Of a stretch of 64,000 bases of DNA, positions 1 to 10,151 are shown in pieces; the stretch's first letter is position 1, and every line of letters starts with the position of its first letter. The stretch lies in the sequence record LT598654.1; one strand, written 5' to 3'. Both the position numbers and the translations under genes were made by a program. A model generated the notes under the pieces. It saw only the letters and a program-made list of their open reading frames with translations, was not told where the DNA came from and made no database searches.

Positions 1-1005
1 CAAAGTATCAATGTCGTCGTCAATCTGCAAATCAAAGTCTTCATCGTCAGCCCCCATATCATCAATATCCTTAATGATGGGACTGTCTTCTTTGAGTTGT
101 TCTTTAAGCGCATCAATAGCACCAATTTGTTTAACATCATCAAAGACTTTAGGTGCGTCTGGAATTTTGTTAAGCGCCTTTTGAGCGGCTTCACGCTTAG
201 CCTCTCGCTCTGCAAGATTCTTCATTCGCTCTTTGCGTTTGAGTTCTTCTTTTAGAGCGCGGCTACGTTCACGTTCTTCCGCACGGGCATCAGCATCACG
301 CTGTTTTTGGTTAGCGATTTTACGCGCTTGGAATGATTCAATTTCCTCAGCACTCAACTTGCCTTTCAACCAACGATTTAGGGGCAAGACTTCGCTTCGT
401 GCAACCAAGTCATCGTACACAGAAGTAGGCAGGGGCCAGTACTGACCGTCCTGCATAACTATGAAACCACCTCTAGCCTGTTTATGGAATCGTAATCCAA
501 ATTTTTCGTTCTTGGTTAACTCAAAACCTTTTGAACGAGTTTTGTTATAAACAAACTTAGGGTCAACGAGTTTACGCCATTGGTAGTTTTCAAAATCAAC
601 ACCGGCAGTCTTCTCGTTGGGAACTTTATCTAAAGGCTTAAATCGAGGACTGCTTCGATTCAGTTTTTTAGAACCTGTCGCAACCTTAGCAGCACGTTTA
701 CGCCCACCTGATCGTGCATCCTCAATAGCTGGCATTTTACGCTTCTTGGAAGACTTCTCCATCAAGCTGTTAGCCTGTCTTTCAGATACGGTATAGGCAA
801 TATGATAGCTGTCCGGGAAAATCACATAGAACTTATCGCCTCTAATTGGACGAATGCCGTAGACTTCACCAGGTGTAACATGATTTGTGTGGTTGCGGGC
901 AGTCAGTTTGACTTTCCGCGAACCTTTAAAAGTGTACCAATCGAAAGTATCTAGTTCACTATACTCTACGCGGGCACTTATAGATAATAGATTTAGTTTA
1001 AGCAT
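1..1005 (-). CDS. Hypothetical protein, runs off the window start (MLKLNLLSISARVEY...); basic middle, coiled coil and acidic stretch; probable virion protein
   Basis: Manually translated. ATG at 1005, open for 335 codons to the window edge. Absent from the ORF track because no stop lies in the window. Confidence 0.8.
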   Translation of the reverse strand, partial: MLKLNLLSISARVEYSELDTFDWYTFKGSRKVKLTARNHTNHVTPGEVYGIRPIRGDKFYVIFPDSYHIAYTVSERQANSLMEKSSKKRKMPAIEDARSGGRKRAAKVATGSKKLNRSSPRFKPLDKVPNEKTAGVDFENYQWRKLVDPKFVYNKTRSKGFELTKNEKFGLRFHKQARGGFIVMQDGQYWPLPTSVYDDLVARSEVLPLNRWLKGKLSAEEIESFQARKIANQKQRDADARAEERERSRALKEELKRKERMKNLAEREAKREAAQKALNKIPDAPKVFDDVKQIGAIDALKEQLKEDSPIIKDIDDMGADDEDFDLQIDDDIDTL

Positions 1006-1017
1006 ACGGGTATCCAA

Positions 1018-4000
1018 TTAACCTCCTCTAATGTATCCAGAGGGAGGACAATCATAACAACTGTTAGAACATGGGATAATCTGTGACCATACCCAGCAAC
1101 CCTCAGAAAGTTCAAAGGTTTTGACTATAGCACCGTTCAGTCCCCACACACCGATAGCATTAGCAAGAGCATCTTCCTCAGTAGCAAACCTACCGTTATC
1201 TAAACACGATTCATTACCTACGTCTAAACAATCACCTTCCCGAATAACAATAGGAGGAGCATCAGGACTTGAATAGGTGAACGTGTCAAACGGTATAAAG
1301 TTAGCGTCTAACTCCAATACTTCTTGGTGTGTTAAGTAAGAAGTTTCTACGTAACGGTCATCCATTTGGTATACATAACAGCTAGCGTAGTTATCTATAC
1401 TTAAATTATAGCTATTCTCTACAAACTCAGGACTGTGATATGTATCAACTTTTGCATCTTGTGCTATTTCGCTATTAGACGCATTGGGTACTACTATATC
1501 AACAGACACTCCTAACCAAATAGGTGTCAGAGGTATAGACCGGAAGTTTGATAGAGCGTATTCCTTGGTGTTTGATATGTTTTCAAACGATGCCTGCTTT
1601 TCGTATTCCGTATTAAAGCTTGCCGAATCTGTACGGTAGAAAACATCATAAAGAATGTCTAGTGTAGGTGAACTAAATTCGTTCTTTACCTTAGAGTAGT
1701 CGATAACAAAAGGTTTTGCATTACTAGACTTCTGCTTACCGTAAACAGGGTTGTACCAAACTTTAACAGTTGCGCTCTTAACATAAGACACGTCAGGAGA
1801 TTCAGAATCAGGCTGAGTCCACTTGTCAAACTCATAACGGTCTGTCTTGAACAAATCGTAATGATTACGTTCAAAACCAGCCGAGTCAGTGACGTACTGG
1901 GCATTATTGGTCTTTAAGAAAATAGCTTCTACGCTGTAGCTGTGTACCGTTGCGTTTCTTACAAAATCCATCATCTGTGAGTAATAACCAATGCCGCTAG
2001 GTCGTTTAACAAACATGTCAAACCCATCAGTCACAGGTATATTAACATCGACTTTGTGCCATTTATCATTTCTATCAACAGCCGCAAGACTTGAATTAGT
2101 TTTACCAAACAGGCGAACCACATCAACTTCTTTAGGTGCGTTTGCTAATCCTCGATCAGCCTGATAACCATTAGCAACAAGCGCACGGCTTACAGACTTA
2201 CTGTAGATTTGAGAATCACGTTGGCGAATAGCAGCGTTTAAGTCATATACCGCTATAGCTTGGCGAGGTTCTGATTGAATCAAAGAACGGTCTTCAACAG
2301 TAATAGCCTGTCTGTCAACCGAAACCAGTTCAGCATCGGTAGTGATAGCTTCGGCATTACCTCGAACAGAAGCCAACGCAGATACAGTACTAACTACAGA
2401 ACTTTCTCGACCATCGCTAAGTAAAACCATTTCACGGCTTTCTATGGCATCATCAGCATCAATACTACGTATGCTCCAAACACCTTGCAGGATACCTGCG
2501 CGTACACTATGCTGTGTAACAGAACCGTACACACCTAACGCATAACCCACCAGTTTCAGTACAGAACCACCGGGTACAGAGATATGGGTGTCTTTTCTCA
2601 ACACACCTCTGTAGTTTAGAGAACCTGTAGGCATGACCCAATTAGAACCGTCTATAATAGGTCTGGTGTTTCGTGGAATAACAACACTAACCATATAGCG
2701 AGGGCTAACCAAATCTAGTGCTACCTCTTCGGACTCTACTAAGTCACCTAGAGTAACACCTGTAATAGAACCGAAGTTAAGCGGAACAATATCAAGACCC
2801 GGTAGAGTAGTAACTACCCAAGTAACAGATAACTTACTCATAGCAAGTGTGATCTGGTGGTCTGTTCCGTACACAGGTTTGGTAGTAAGCTTGATTTGTA
2901 CAGAAAAAGGTCCGTCACTTGATACAGGATAAGTTGTTCCTACCTCTACACCATCTACAATAAGGACTGCATCGTAGTCATCATTAATAGATAATTTTTC
3001 CAGAGGCTCATTCAGTGTGATTGTTATTGGGTCACTGACGTATTCCTCACCGAGTTCAGCATAAGGAATATCAATAAAATCAGAGGACGCTTCGGGTGCA
3101 TGGAATGCTTGACTGCTTCCTACTACCCGCGAGGTAATAACCCAAGTGCTATCAAAAATTCCTGCGTAGCGAACAGTAGCCATTGTCTGTTCAGCTTCAT
3201 CAGGACTACTACGCATAGACAAGTAATAGGAATCGCCGTTCGACAGAGTAGTAGACGCACCAACACTTGAACCGTTTTTAATAATCGTTCCTGTACCTTC
3301 AACAATCTCGAAGCTACAAGGTTCAACGTCAAGACCTTCAACGTTAAGAGTGTTTGATTGGTACTGAGTATCTAACTCGGCATAATCAATAGGTTCGAAC
3401 ATAACTTCGGTAGGAATCAATCGCTTGGTATCAGGGTCAGCATAGAAGCTGTATACGGATTGACCTAGAACAAACTGAATCTCACGCGCTGCGCCTCCAG
3501 GGAGAGACACTTCAAAGTTAAACGTTTCACCAGGTGCAATCTGAGCACCGTATACATAAGATCCATCTTCTTTGTTTACGCCTACCTGTACAGCAGTTTC
3601 GTCATCAGGGTACAGGTACAGAGTAACTGGTTCACGAACACCATCTAAGGTATAGCTAGCACTGGTTTTTGTTTCTGCAATAGGTATGTCGTTTACGTCT
3701 TGGTACTCCAATGGATCTGGGTCACCATCAGATATAATAAGACGTTCATCAATATCAGGATACAGGCAACTAAGAACAAGAGTACTGGCATCCGACGCCA
3801 TAAACATTTCATAGCTGTGGTTATCTCCTAAATCAATAGAATCAACCATGTTTAGATCAGTGTCGAGAATAATTATCTCTTTCTCTACTACATCACTAAC
3901 GTAGATCAAGTCTTCGCTTCGACTATATACAATTGCGTCAAGGTAACCTTGAGTTATAAAGTAAGCCGTTTCATCGATAGTGTGCCCATTATCAAAATCT

Positions 4001-5010
4001 AGGTTTACTTTGGTTACGGTACGCTCTTGTCTATGCGAAATATAAAGAGTGCCTCCAATTGGATCGTAGTCTAAAGAAGAAGCAAACTGAGGTAGCGTTA
4101 ATGAATGATCAAGCGCGTTACCTAAAATGAATTCAATTGAAGATTCGGTTAGTGCAGCGCAATAGCTACCTATCTGGTAAAGACGATGTGGTTTTTTACT
4201 TAGTGTAACTGTCTCCGTAGACGCAATGGTCTGGTCATCATTAAACGTAACAATTGTGATAGTGTTTGAGTTACGGCTAGCAACGTACAGAACATTCAGT
4301 ACAGAGGTTAATGCAATTGGATCAGCAACGTCTATTTCACTCTGCAAGACATAGCTGTTTGAATAGAATGTAACCTTACTACTCTTATCAAAAGCAAAAG
4401 CAGTCATCATTCTGCTTTCAGAACCTGACTTGTATACAGTAGCAGAGGCAGTAGGGCCTTCGTAATCCACATCAGGTACACGACCTAAAAAGTTTCCGAA
4501 CGTATCCACTACATTGATATGGTTCATGTAATAATCTAATACATGAACCTTGTTACGGACAGCACCTATCGAATCGGAGTCTACAGGAGTGTCTGTAAAA
4601 GGAACTAAAGTGAGTTCTTCGTTTGAGTATACACCTAAAGAACTGTTATCGGTAGGAACCCAGACACTGGTGTCCAATACTTCCCACGCATACTTTCCGT
4701 TAAGGGCATCGTTGTATTCGAAGGTAACATCAAAACGATTAATAAGACAAAAAGTACCTTCAACTTTATTGTCCTGAATAAATTGAATGAAGCGAGGTAC
4801 ACCAAGTGATGCACCGCTAGTTGCTTCAATACTAACTGTGTCGCCGTCTGTGACATTAGCAGAGTTCCCTAAAGGAACTCCGTTAACAATTAAAGTAGCA
4901 CCGACCACAGATACAGAGGAGATACCACTTTCTGAAATGATTGTGATTTCATCCGACTGTTCTGTAGTATTAGGTTCTAACCTTGCCCTGTAACCTAGAT
5001 CGTATAGCAT
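1018..5010 (-). CDS. Large tail-fibre/baseplate-associated protein (beta-propeller-like segment, repeated beta-sandwich units, Cys-rich C-terminus)
   Basis: 1330 aa, beta-rich. YVTN-like repeats (LYVASRNSNTITIV, LYISHRQERTVTKV, IYVSDVVEKEIIIL). Repeated F-x-x-I-x-x-A-E-L units. Tail-gene context. Confidence 0.6.
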   Translation of the reverse strand: MLYDLGYRARLEPNTTEQSDEITIISESGISSVSVVGATLIVNGVPLGNSANVTDGDTVSIEATSGASLGVPRFIQFIQDNKVEGTFCLINRFDVTFEYNDALNGKYAWEVLDTSVWVPTDNSSLGVYSNEELTLVPFTDTPVDSDSIGAVRNKVHVLDYYMNHINVVDTFGNFLGRVPDVDYEGPTASATVYKSGSESRMMTAFAFDKSSKVTFYSNSYVLQSEIDVADPIALTSVLNVLYVASRNSNTITIVTFNDDQTIASTETVTLSKKPHRLYQIGSYCAALTESSIEFILGNALDHSLTLPQFASSLDYDPIGGTLYISHRQERTVTKVNLDFDNGHTIDETAYFITQGYLDAIVYSRSEDLIYVSDVVEKEIIILDTDLNMVDSIDLGDNHSYEMFMASDASTLVLSCLYPDIDERLIISDGDPDPLEYQDVNDIPIAETKTSASYTLDGVREPVTLYLYPDDETAVQVGVNKEDGSYVYGAQIAPGETFNFEVSLPGGAAREIQFVLGQSVYSFYADPDTKRLIPTEVMFEPIDYAELDTQYQSNTLNVEGLDVEPCSFEIVEGTGTIIKNGSSVGASTTLSNGDSYYLSMRSSPDEAEQTMATVRYAGIFDSTWVITSRVVGSSQAFHAPEASSDFIDIPYAELGEEYVSDPITITLNEPLEKLSINDDYDAVLIVDGVEVGTTYPVSSDGPFSVQIKLTTKPVYGTDHQITLAMSKLSVTWVVTTLPGLDIVPLNFGSITGVTLGDLVESEEVALDLVSPRYMVSVVIPRNTRPIIDGSNWVMPTGSLNYRGVLRKDTHISVPGGSVLKLVGYALGVYGSVTQHSVRAGILQGVWSIRSIDADDAIESREMVLLSDGRESSVVSTVSALASVRGNAEAITTDAELVSVDRQAITVEDRSLIQSEPRQAIAVYDLNAAIRQRDSQIYSKSVSRALVANGYQADRGLANAPKEVDVVRLFGKTNSSLAAVDRNDKWHKVDVNIPVTDGFDMFVKRPSGIGYYSQMMDFVRNATVHSYSVEAIFLKTNNAQYVTDSAGFERNHYDLFKTDRYEFDKWTQPDSESPDVSYVKSATVKVWYNPVYGKQKSSNAKPFVIDYSKVKNEFSSPTLDILYDVFYRTDSASFNTEYEKQASFENISNTKEYALSNFRSIPLTPIWLGVSVDIVVPNASNSEIAQDAKVDTYHSPEFVENSYNLSIDNYASCYVYQMDDRYVETSYLTHQEVLELDANFIPFDTFTYSSPDAPPIVIREGDCLDVGNESCLDNGRFATEEDALANAIGVWGLNGAIVKTFELSEGCWVWSQIIPCSNSCYDCPPSGYIRGG

Positions 5011-5016
5011 AATAAC

Positions 5017-5346
5017 CTACACAAGTTGGAATGTACCTGAATGAAGCACCTGCTTTTTAAACGTACCATATAAAGCACGTTGCCTGTAATCTTGCAGAGC
5101 ACTAATGTCTTGGGTAGTAAACAGTTCCGTATGGTCTATAACAAAACGATACGCAGCATTATTAAACGCAGCCTGTTTACTGGGAGCCGTTGTACGGTAG
5201 AAACCTCTTTTATTTTTAAATTTAACTCTAACCGAGTAAATCTTTCCATCTACTGTCTCAGAAGAATTCTCCTTCGGAGCGGTGAACCCCGAGGAGAAGT
5301 TAGTTTCTTTCCAGACAGAGGCATGAATTGGGATATTAAGCAACAT
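5017..5346 (-). CDS. Hypothetical protein (109 aa)
   Basis: Fills the gap between co-oriented genes with tight packing. Confidence 0.65.
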   Translation of the reverse strand: MLLNIPIHASVWKETNFSSGFTAPKENSSETVDGKIYSVRVKFKNKRGFYRTTAPSKQAAFNNAAYRFVIDHTELFTTQDISALQDYRQRALYGTFKKQVLHSGTFQLV

Positions 5347-5366
5347 ATCAGCCCCTCAACCAAAGC

Positions 5367-6407
5367 TTATGCTCTGGCTACATCCATTCCGATTCCAGAA
5401 ATCTGGAAGTAAATACGCATACCTTTGTTGTCAGCATGGTTAGCATTCAACGCGCGGTATTCACGAGGTTGCGCTTCACCGTATACTGTTACTTCGTGAG
5501 TAGCGAACTGAGAAGTAACGTCGGCAGACGCATACGCAATCATATCCAACTCATGTGGATAAGAATAACGTTGAGTGTTCAGGCTTCTAGGGAAATTGAT
5601 AATGAACTTACCGTCTTCATAAATAGAAGTTTGTTGAACACTATTAATGATACGCGCACTGTCACCTGTGTCTTTGGTAGCACTAACAGGTAAAGTAGGT
5701 GTATTAATATCAGACTCACGAACCACAAACTTGAGGATACCGTTAGCATCAACAGTATTCAAGTCAGTGCCGCCACCACCTTTCTGCGAGAACACACAGA
5801 ATAGAGGACTCTTACCGTCCTGGATAACTGCACCTGTGTCGTCAACCATGCGCTGAATAACAAACCAAGCAAACTTATCGCCGTCTTTGTCGTATGCCTC
5901 AGCCCACATTGAAAATGCGATACCGTGATCACTGATAGACAGGAAGTACGACATAGGTACAGCTTCTTCATCAGCAGTATCAAAACCCCAGTTCTCATAA
6001 GAGAAGAAGTGAGTATTGGCATCACCAGAGGCAGCGTACAGGCTATCAACGTTTAGGAAACCGCATTTATAAATGTTAGAACCCGATGTACGTGACGTAG
6101 CAACAGTAACCGCACCCTGGTCATCGATAATCAACTGAGTCGGCGTAAACGCATAGAAGTCCAGTGTCTTATCAGTTTGGTTTGCAACCATGTGCAAGTA
6201 CCAGGGTTGATCTTCATCACCAGCCAACGGGTCAACAGCCGTTTGCGCCTTAAACGTCGCAGCAGTATGCTGAGTACCTACAGCTAAATCAGCTTGTTGG
6301 TTATCAAGTGACACAATTTCAAAACCATTCGCCAACAGGTTAGATGCGAGGTCCGCAAGTAACATTTCAATGTTGGTGAAGTTATTCTTTTCTACAGTAA
6401 AACCCAT
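5367..6407 (-). CDS. Virion structural protein, tandem paralogue 5
   Basis: MGFTVEKN start, SISDHGI, GKSPLFCVF, LNTQRYSYPHELD and C-terminal GMRI motifs shared with four neighbours. GGAGA RBS. Confidence 0.8.
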   Translation of the reverse strand: MGFTVEKNNFTNIEMLLADLASNLLANGFEIVSLDNQQADLAVGTQHTAATFKAQTAVDPLAGDEDQPWYLHMVANQTDKTLDFYAFTPTQLIIDDQGAVTVATSRTSGSNIYKCGFLNVDSLYAASGDANTHFFSYENWGFDTADEEAVPMSYFLSISDHGIAFSMWAEAYDKDGDKFAWFVIQRMVDDTGAVIQDGKSPLFCVFSQKGGGGTDLNTVDANGILKFVVRESDINTPTLPVSATKDTGDSARIINSVQQTSIYEDGKFIINFPRSLNTQRYSYPHELDMIAYASADVTSQFATHEVTVYGEAQPREYRALNANHADNKGMRIYFQISGIGMDVARA

Positions 6408-6432
6408 TAGAGTTATCTCCAGTCAATGAATA

Positions 6433-7629
6433 TTAAGAACGAGCAATGTCGATACCAGCGCCTTCAACTTGAACAACGATACGCATACCTTTGTTGAACT
6501 GGTTGTTAGAGGCAAGACCTGCGTACTTACGTGCGTTAGATTCACCATAGAAAGTCATTTCTATCTGGTTATCCTGTGACACGGCATCAGCACTGGTGTA
6601 CCCGATCAAATCAAGTTCGTGAGGATAACCGTAACGCTGAGTATTCAGACCGTTAGGGAAGTTAACAATGAACTTTTCATCTTCACTAATTGATACCTGC
6701 TGAACAGCATTAATAATACGGTTACTATCAGCTTGGTCGATAACAGCACTACGAGGATAAGTAGGCGTGTTAATGTCGGACTCACGGGTAACCATATACA
6801 TAATCTGGTCTGCATTCGCATCATCCAGGTTGCTGTCTTTGTTACCTTCCAACGAGAACACAGTAAACAGAGGACTCTTGCCTTCTTCTACAATTGCACC
6901 TGTGTCTTTGTCTACCATACGTTGCGTACAGAACCAAGCTGATTCCATACCGCCTGAATCGTATGCTTCACCCCACATAGCAAATACAATACCGTGATCA
7001 CTGATAGTAAGACGGTACGACAGAGGGTGTGCTGCGAAATCGCCGCGCTTACCCCAGTTAGGCTGTGATATGTAGTTAATAGATGAAGTCTCAGACGCGG
7101 TATTGTCAATACTGGCATCATTGAAGCAGTAGAAATAACCGTTAGTTTGAGTGTTAGTGGTATTACCGTCACCGGATGCACCAACTTCACTGTACTTCAA
7201 GCTACCGTATGAAAGCATACCTGCAGGACGTTGCACTCGATTGATAGTAGTACGACCGCTATTGGTTCGTGCAGTATCGTTAAAGTCTTTGAGGGCAATA
7301 CGCCACTCGCCGTTATCCTGAGGAATAAGTTGATTGGGTGTAACGATGTACACGCGCAACCAATTAAGGTGACCATTTTTAAAGCTGTAGTCACTTGAAA
7401 TAGAAGTGTTCGCTTCTATAAATACACGCCAGGGTTGGTCATCTACAAGAGGATCAACGCTAGTAGTAGGTGCTAAACATACGCTAGTTGTTTCTCCGCT
7501 TGGTGACGCTGTGCCTGCAATACCATTTAAGTATTCAATGTCGAACCCGTTTGCTGCCATATCAGTAGCTAAGGCAGTAAGGAGTTCAGTGGCTTTAACG
7601 TAGCCTTCACGTTTTACGCTGTAACCCAT
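6433..7629 (-). CDS. Virion structural protein, tandem paralogue 4 (longest; start corrected to MGYSV)
   Basis: Same motifs. RBS GGAGA precedes the ATG at 7629. Extra ~50 aa Thr/Asn-rich insert in the variable region. Confidence 0.8.
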   Translation of the reverse strand: MGYSVKREGYVKATELLTALATDMAANGFDIEYLNGIAGTASPSGETTSVCLAPTTSVDPLVDDQPWRVFIEANTSISSDYSFKNGHLNWLRVYIVTPNQLIPQDNGEWRIALKDFNDTARTNSGRTTINRVQRPAGMLSYGSLKYSEVGASGDGNTTNTQTNGYFYCFNDASIDNTASETSSINYISQPNWGKRGDFAAHPLSYRLTISDHGIVFAMWGEAYDSGGMESAWFCTQRMVDKDTGAIVEEGKSPLFTVFSLEGNKDSNLDDANADQIMYMVTRESDINTPTYPRSAVIDQADSNRIINAVQQVSISEDEKFIVNFPNGLNTQRYGYPHELDLIGYTSADAVSQDNQIEMTFYGESNARKYAGLASNNQFNKGMRIVVQVEGAGIDIARS

Positions 7630-7641
7630 TTTAATCTCCAA

Positions 7642-8688
7642 TTAGGCTAATGTGCCGCCTTCAATCCAAAGTAAAATACGAGCACCTTTGTTGTGAACAT
7701 GATCTGCGTTCATTCCGCGATACACTCGCGGCACACCTTCACTGAAAGGATTAACTTGTATATCAGTAGACTGACTAACTACGTCTGCCGATATAATTGC
7801 TAGAAGGTCTAGCTGGTGAGGATAACCATAACGCTGAGTGTTCAACCCGTTAGGGAATGTCATAACAATATTGTTATCTTCACGAATAGACACCTGTTGA
7901 GCGCCGTTGATAATACGTGTACTATCCGCAGTATCTTCAATTGCTGATACCGCAAAGGTAGGTGAATTTACATCCGCCTCACGTACTACAAACTTCATAA
8001 CCGCGTTGGGGTCAGGTGCGTTTAAGTTAGAATCGTCAGGGAAGCCGTTGTTGGAAAACACGCAGAACAGAGGAGCTTTTCCAGAAACAACAGGATTACC
8101 TGTAGAAGTAACCATACGTTGACACACAAACCAGCTATGCTTATCACCGTCGCTATCGTAACTCTCTACCCAAATAAACAATGAGAAACCGTGATCGGTA
8201 AGAACTAAACGATAACTCATAGGATTGGCTTGGGTGTCACTTTCAGGCATTCCCCATTGCTCAAAGCTAGCAGAACGAAAGACCGAATCAATGTCGTTGT
8301 GTTGACTACCTGGTGTCAGTTTACCTGAAAGATAGTCTTTTGTTTCGTTCTTCTTCTTAACCGCAATTCTAAAGTCACCGCCTACATCAATTACCTGAGA
8401 TTGAGCAGTAAGGTAGAAGTCTAACCACTGTTCTTCTTCATTAAAGATCATAGTGAAAGCCCAAGGTTGAGATTGGGCTAAGCTATCTACACCTGTGTCT
8501 GCAAACAGTGTGACTTTCTCACTCAAACCTGCAAAACTAGGATGACCGGTGGCTGCTGGATCAGATTGTAAGTTAGTACCGTCGGCATTTGCTACAGTAA
8601 AGAAACCTGAATCATGCAAGTCTTCACCGATACTTTTAACAAGAGATTGGAACGAAATGAATCCGTTCTTTTCAACTGATAAACCCAT
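7642..8688 (-). CDS. Virion structural protein, tandem paralogue 3
   Basis: MGLSVEKNGF start, TDHGF, GKAPLFCVF, LNTQRYGYPHQLD. Confidence 0.8.
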   Translation of the reverse strand: MGLSVEKNGFISFQSLVKSIGEDLHDSGFFTVANADGTNLQSDPAATGHPSFAGLSEKVTLFADTGVDSLAQSQPWAFTMIFNEEEQWLDFYLTAQSQVIDVGGDFRIAVKKKNETKDYLSGKLTPGSQHNDIDSVFRSASFEQWGMPESDTQANPMSYRLVLTDHGFSLFIWVESYDSDGDKHSWFVCQRMVTSTGNPVVSGKAPLFCVFSNNGFPDDSNLNAPDPNAVMKFVVREADVNSPTFAVSAIEDTADSTRIINGAQQVSIREDNNIVMTFPNGLNTQRYGYPHQLDLLAIISADVVSQSTDIQVNPFSEGVPRVYRGMNADHVHNKGARILLWIEGGTLA

Positions 8689-8700
8689 AACTATCTCCTA

Positions 8701-9735
8701 TTAAGATGCAGCAATACCTGAACCTTCAACAAGACATAACATACGCATACCTGTATTCTTAGGGAAGTTAGCTTGCATACCTCGATACACACGAGGTTGA
8801 GCTTCACCATAAAGAGTCAAAGGAACTTCTTGGTCTTGCGTGATAACATCAGCAGACGTATACGCAACCATATCAAGTTCGTAGGGGTACGCAAATCTTT
8901 GAGTGTTAACACCTTGCGGGAAGTACACAACAAACTGATTGTCTTCGGAAAGAGCAACCTGTTGAAGTGGATTAATAATAGCACGGCTATCAGGTCCGCT
9001 GATACAAGCACTGTCCGGTGCAGTAGGTGCGTTAACATCAGTTTCGTACACAACGAACTTTTGAATTCTGTTACCTACAGAGGCAAGGTCTTCGGATAAT
9101 GCAACGTCAGTGTCGCCGCCTCCTGACCAACAGAATACACAGAACAGAGGACTCTTACCAGTGCTAACTACTGTACCATCTTTTTGTACAGGACGCTGTA
9201 CGGTAAACCATGAGAAACAATCACCTGCACGGTCAAAAGACTCAGCCCAAACAAAGAAACTGATACCGTGATCGCTGATTGACACCAGGTAACTTAAAGG
9301 AATTGCACGAGGGTCAACACCATTCTGCTTAAAGCAACTCCAGTTAGTTTCGGCATTAGACCGAGCAAGGAAGTATGCCTTTGCCCCTGCTACATCGTTA
9401 CCTGAATACATGTGACCCGACTGTGTAGAGGCACCGTTGTTTACAACTGTGTAGCTGGAATCGCTGTTAACCTGAGTCTCGTGGCAAGCCCAGAAGCGCA
9501 TTGTGCCTCCGTTATCATCACTAGCTGCAAGTACCAGACGCCAAGACTGATCAATAGGGTCTACGGCTGCTGTCGGTTGGAATACATAATATGTACTGCT
9601 GCTACTAGGAGTGGGATTCACATCAGAACCATTAACTGCAACAAGCGTAAAGCCATTAGCAACCAAATCCTGAGCGAGAGCCATTCCTAGAGCCTGTACG
9701 CTAACGTAATTGTTACGTTCAACTGAGAAGCCCAT
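8701..9735 (-). CDS. Virion structural protein, tandem paralogue 2
   Basis: MGFSVERN start, ISDHGI, GKSPLFCVF, VNTQRFAYPYELD. Confidence 0.8.
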   Translation of the reverse strand: MGFSVERNNYVSVQALGMALAQDLVANGFTLVAVNGSDVNPTPSSSSTYYVFQPTAAVDPIDQSWRLVLAASDDNGGTMRFWACHETQVNSDSSYTVVNNGASTQSGHMYSGNDVAGAKAYFLARSNAETNWSCFKQNGVDPRAIPLSYLVSISDHGISFFVWAESFDRAGDCFSWFTVQRPVQKDGTVVSTGKSPLFCVFCWSGGGDTDVALSEDLASVGNRIQKFVVYETDVNAPTAPDSACISGPDSRAIINPLQQVALSEDNQFVVYFPQGVNTQRFAYPYELDMVAYTSADVITQDQEVPLTLYGEAQPRVYRGMQANFPKNTGMRMLCLVEGSGIAAS

Positions 9736-10150
9736 TCACTTTCTCCTGTTTAAAATGTTTATATAACTTGGTGTGCTGAGGTGTACCAGGTGTAAGCCAA
9801 GAATGAGGAACGTCTGAATTCTTTTGGTATACCTTGTTGAAGAAAACATACTTTTTTCCGAAAGCTTTATTTGAATTAAGCTCACGTTGCATGGTTTCTC
9901 CGTCTATGCGATTACGCTTGGTAAAAGCATCCATCAGTCGGTTCTTGGTTGTATTACTATAGATAAATATCCATAGGTCTACGTCTTTGTTTAGTAGCTT
10001 GTCATATAGTTTTACAGAATCGAAAAACACATCAGCAACTTTAATGATAGGATCACGTTTAACGTCGATACCATCTATCCGCTTCATAATGGATTCTAAT
10101 TCTTTTTGCAAACCTATACTAGTCACTCCACCTGTTACCACAACACGCAT
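9719..10150 (-). CDS. Hypothetical protein (143 aa, MRVVVTGG...) interrupting the paralogue array
   Basis: The ATG at 10150 directly follows the upstream stop at 10152-10154. The 3' end overlaps the next start. The longer start in the ORF track overlaps the upstream gene. Confidence 0.65.
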   Translation of the reverse strand: MRVVVTGGVTSIGLQKELESIMKRIDGIDVKRDPIIKVADVFFDSVKLYDKLLNKDVDLWIFIYSNTTKNRLMDAFTKRNRIDGETMQRELNSNKAFGKKYVFFNKVYQKNSDVPHSWLTPGTPQHTKLYKHFKQEKVNGLLS

Positions 10151-10151
10151 T

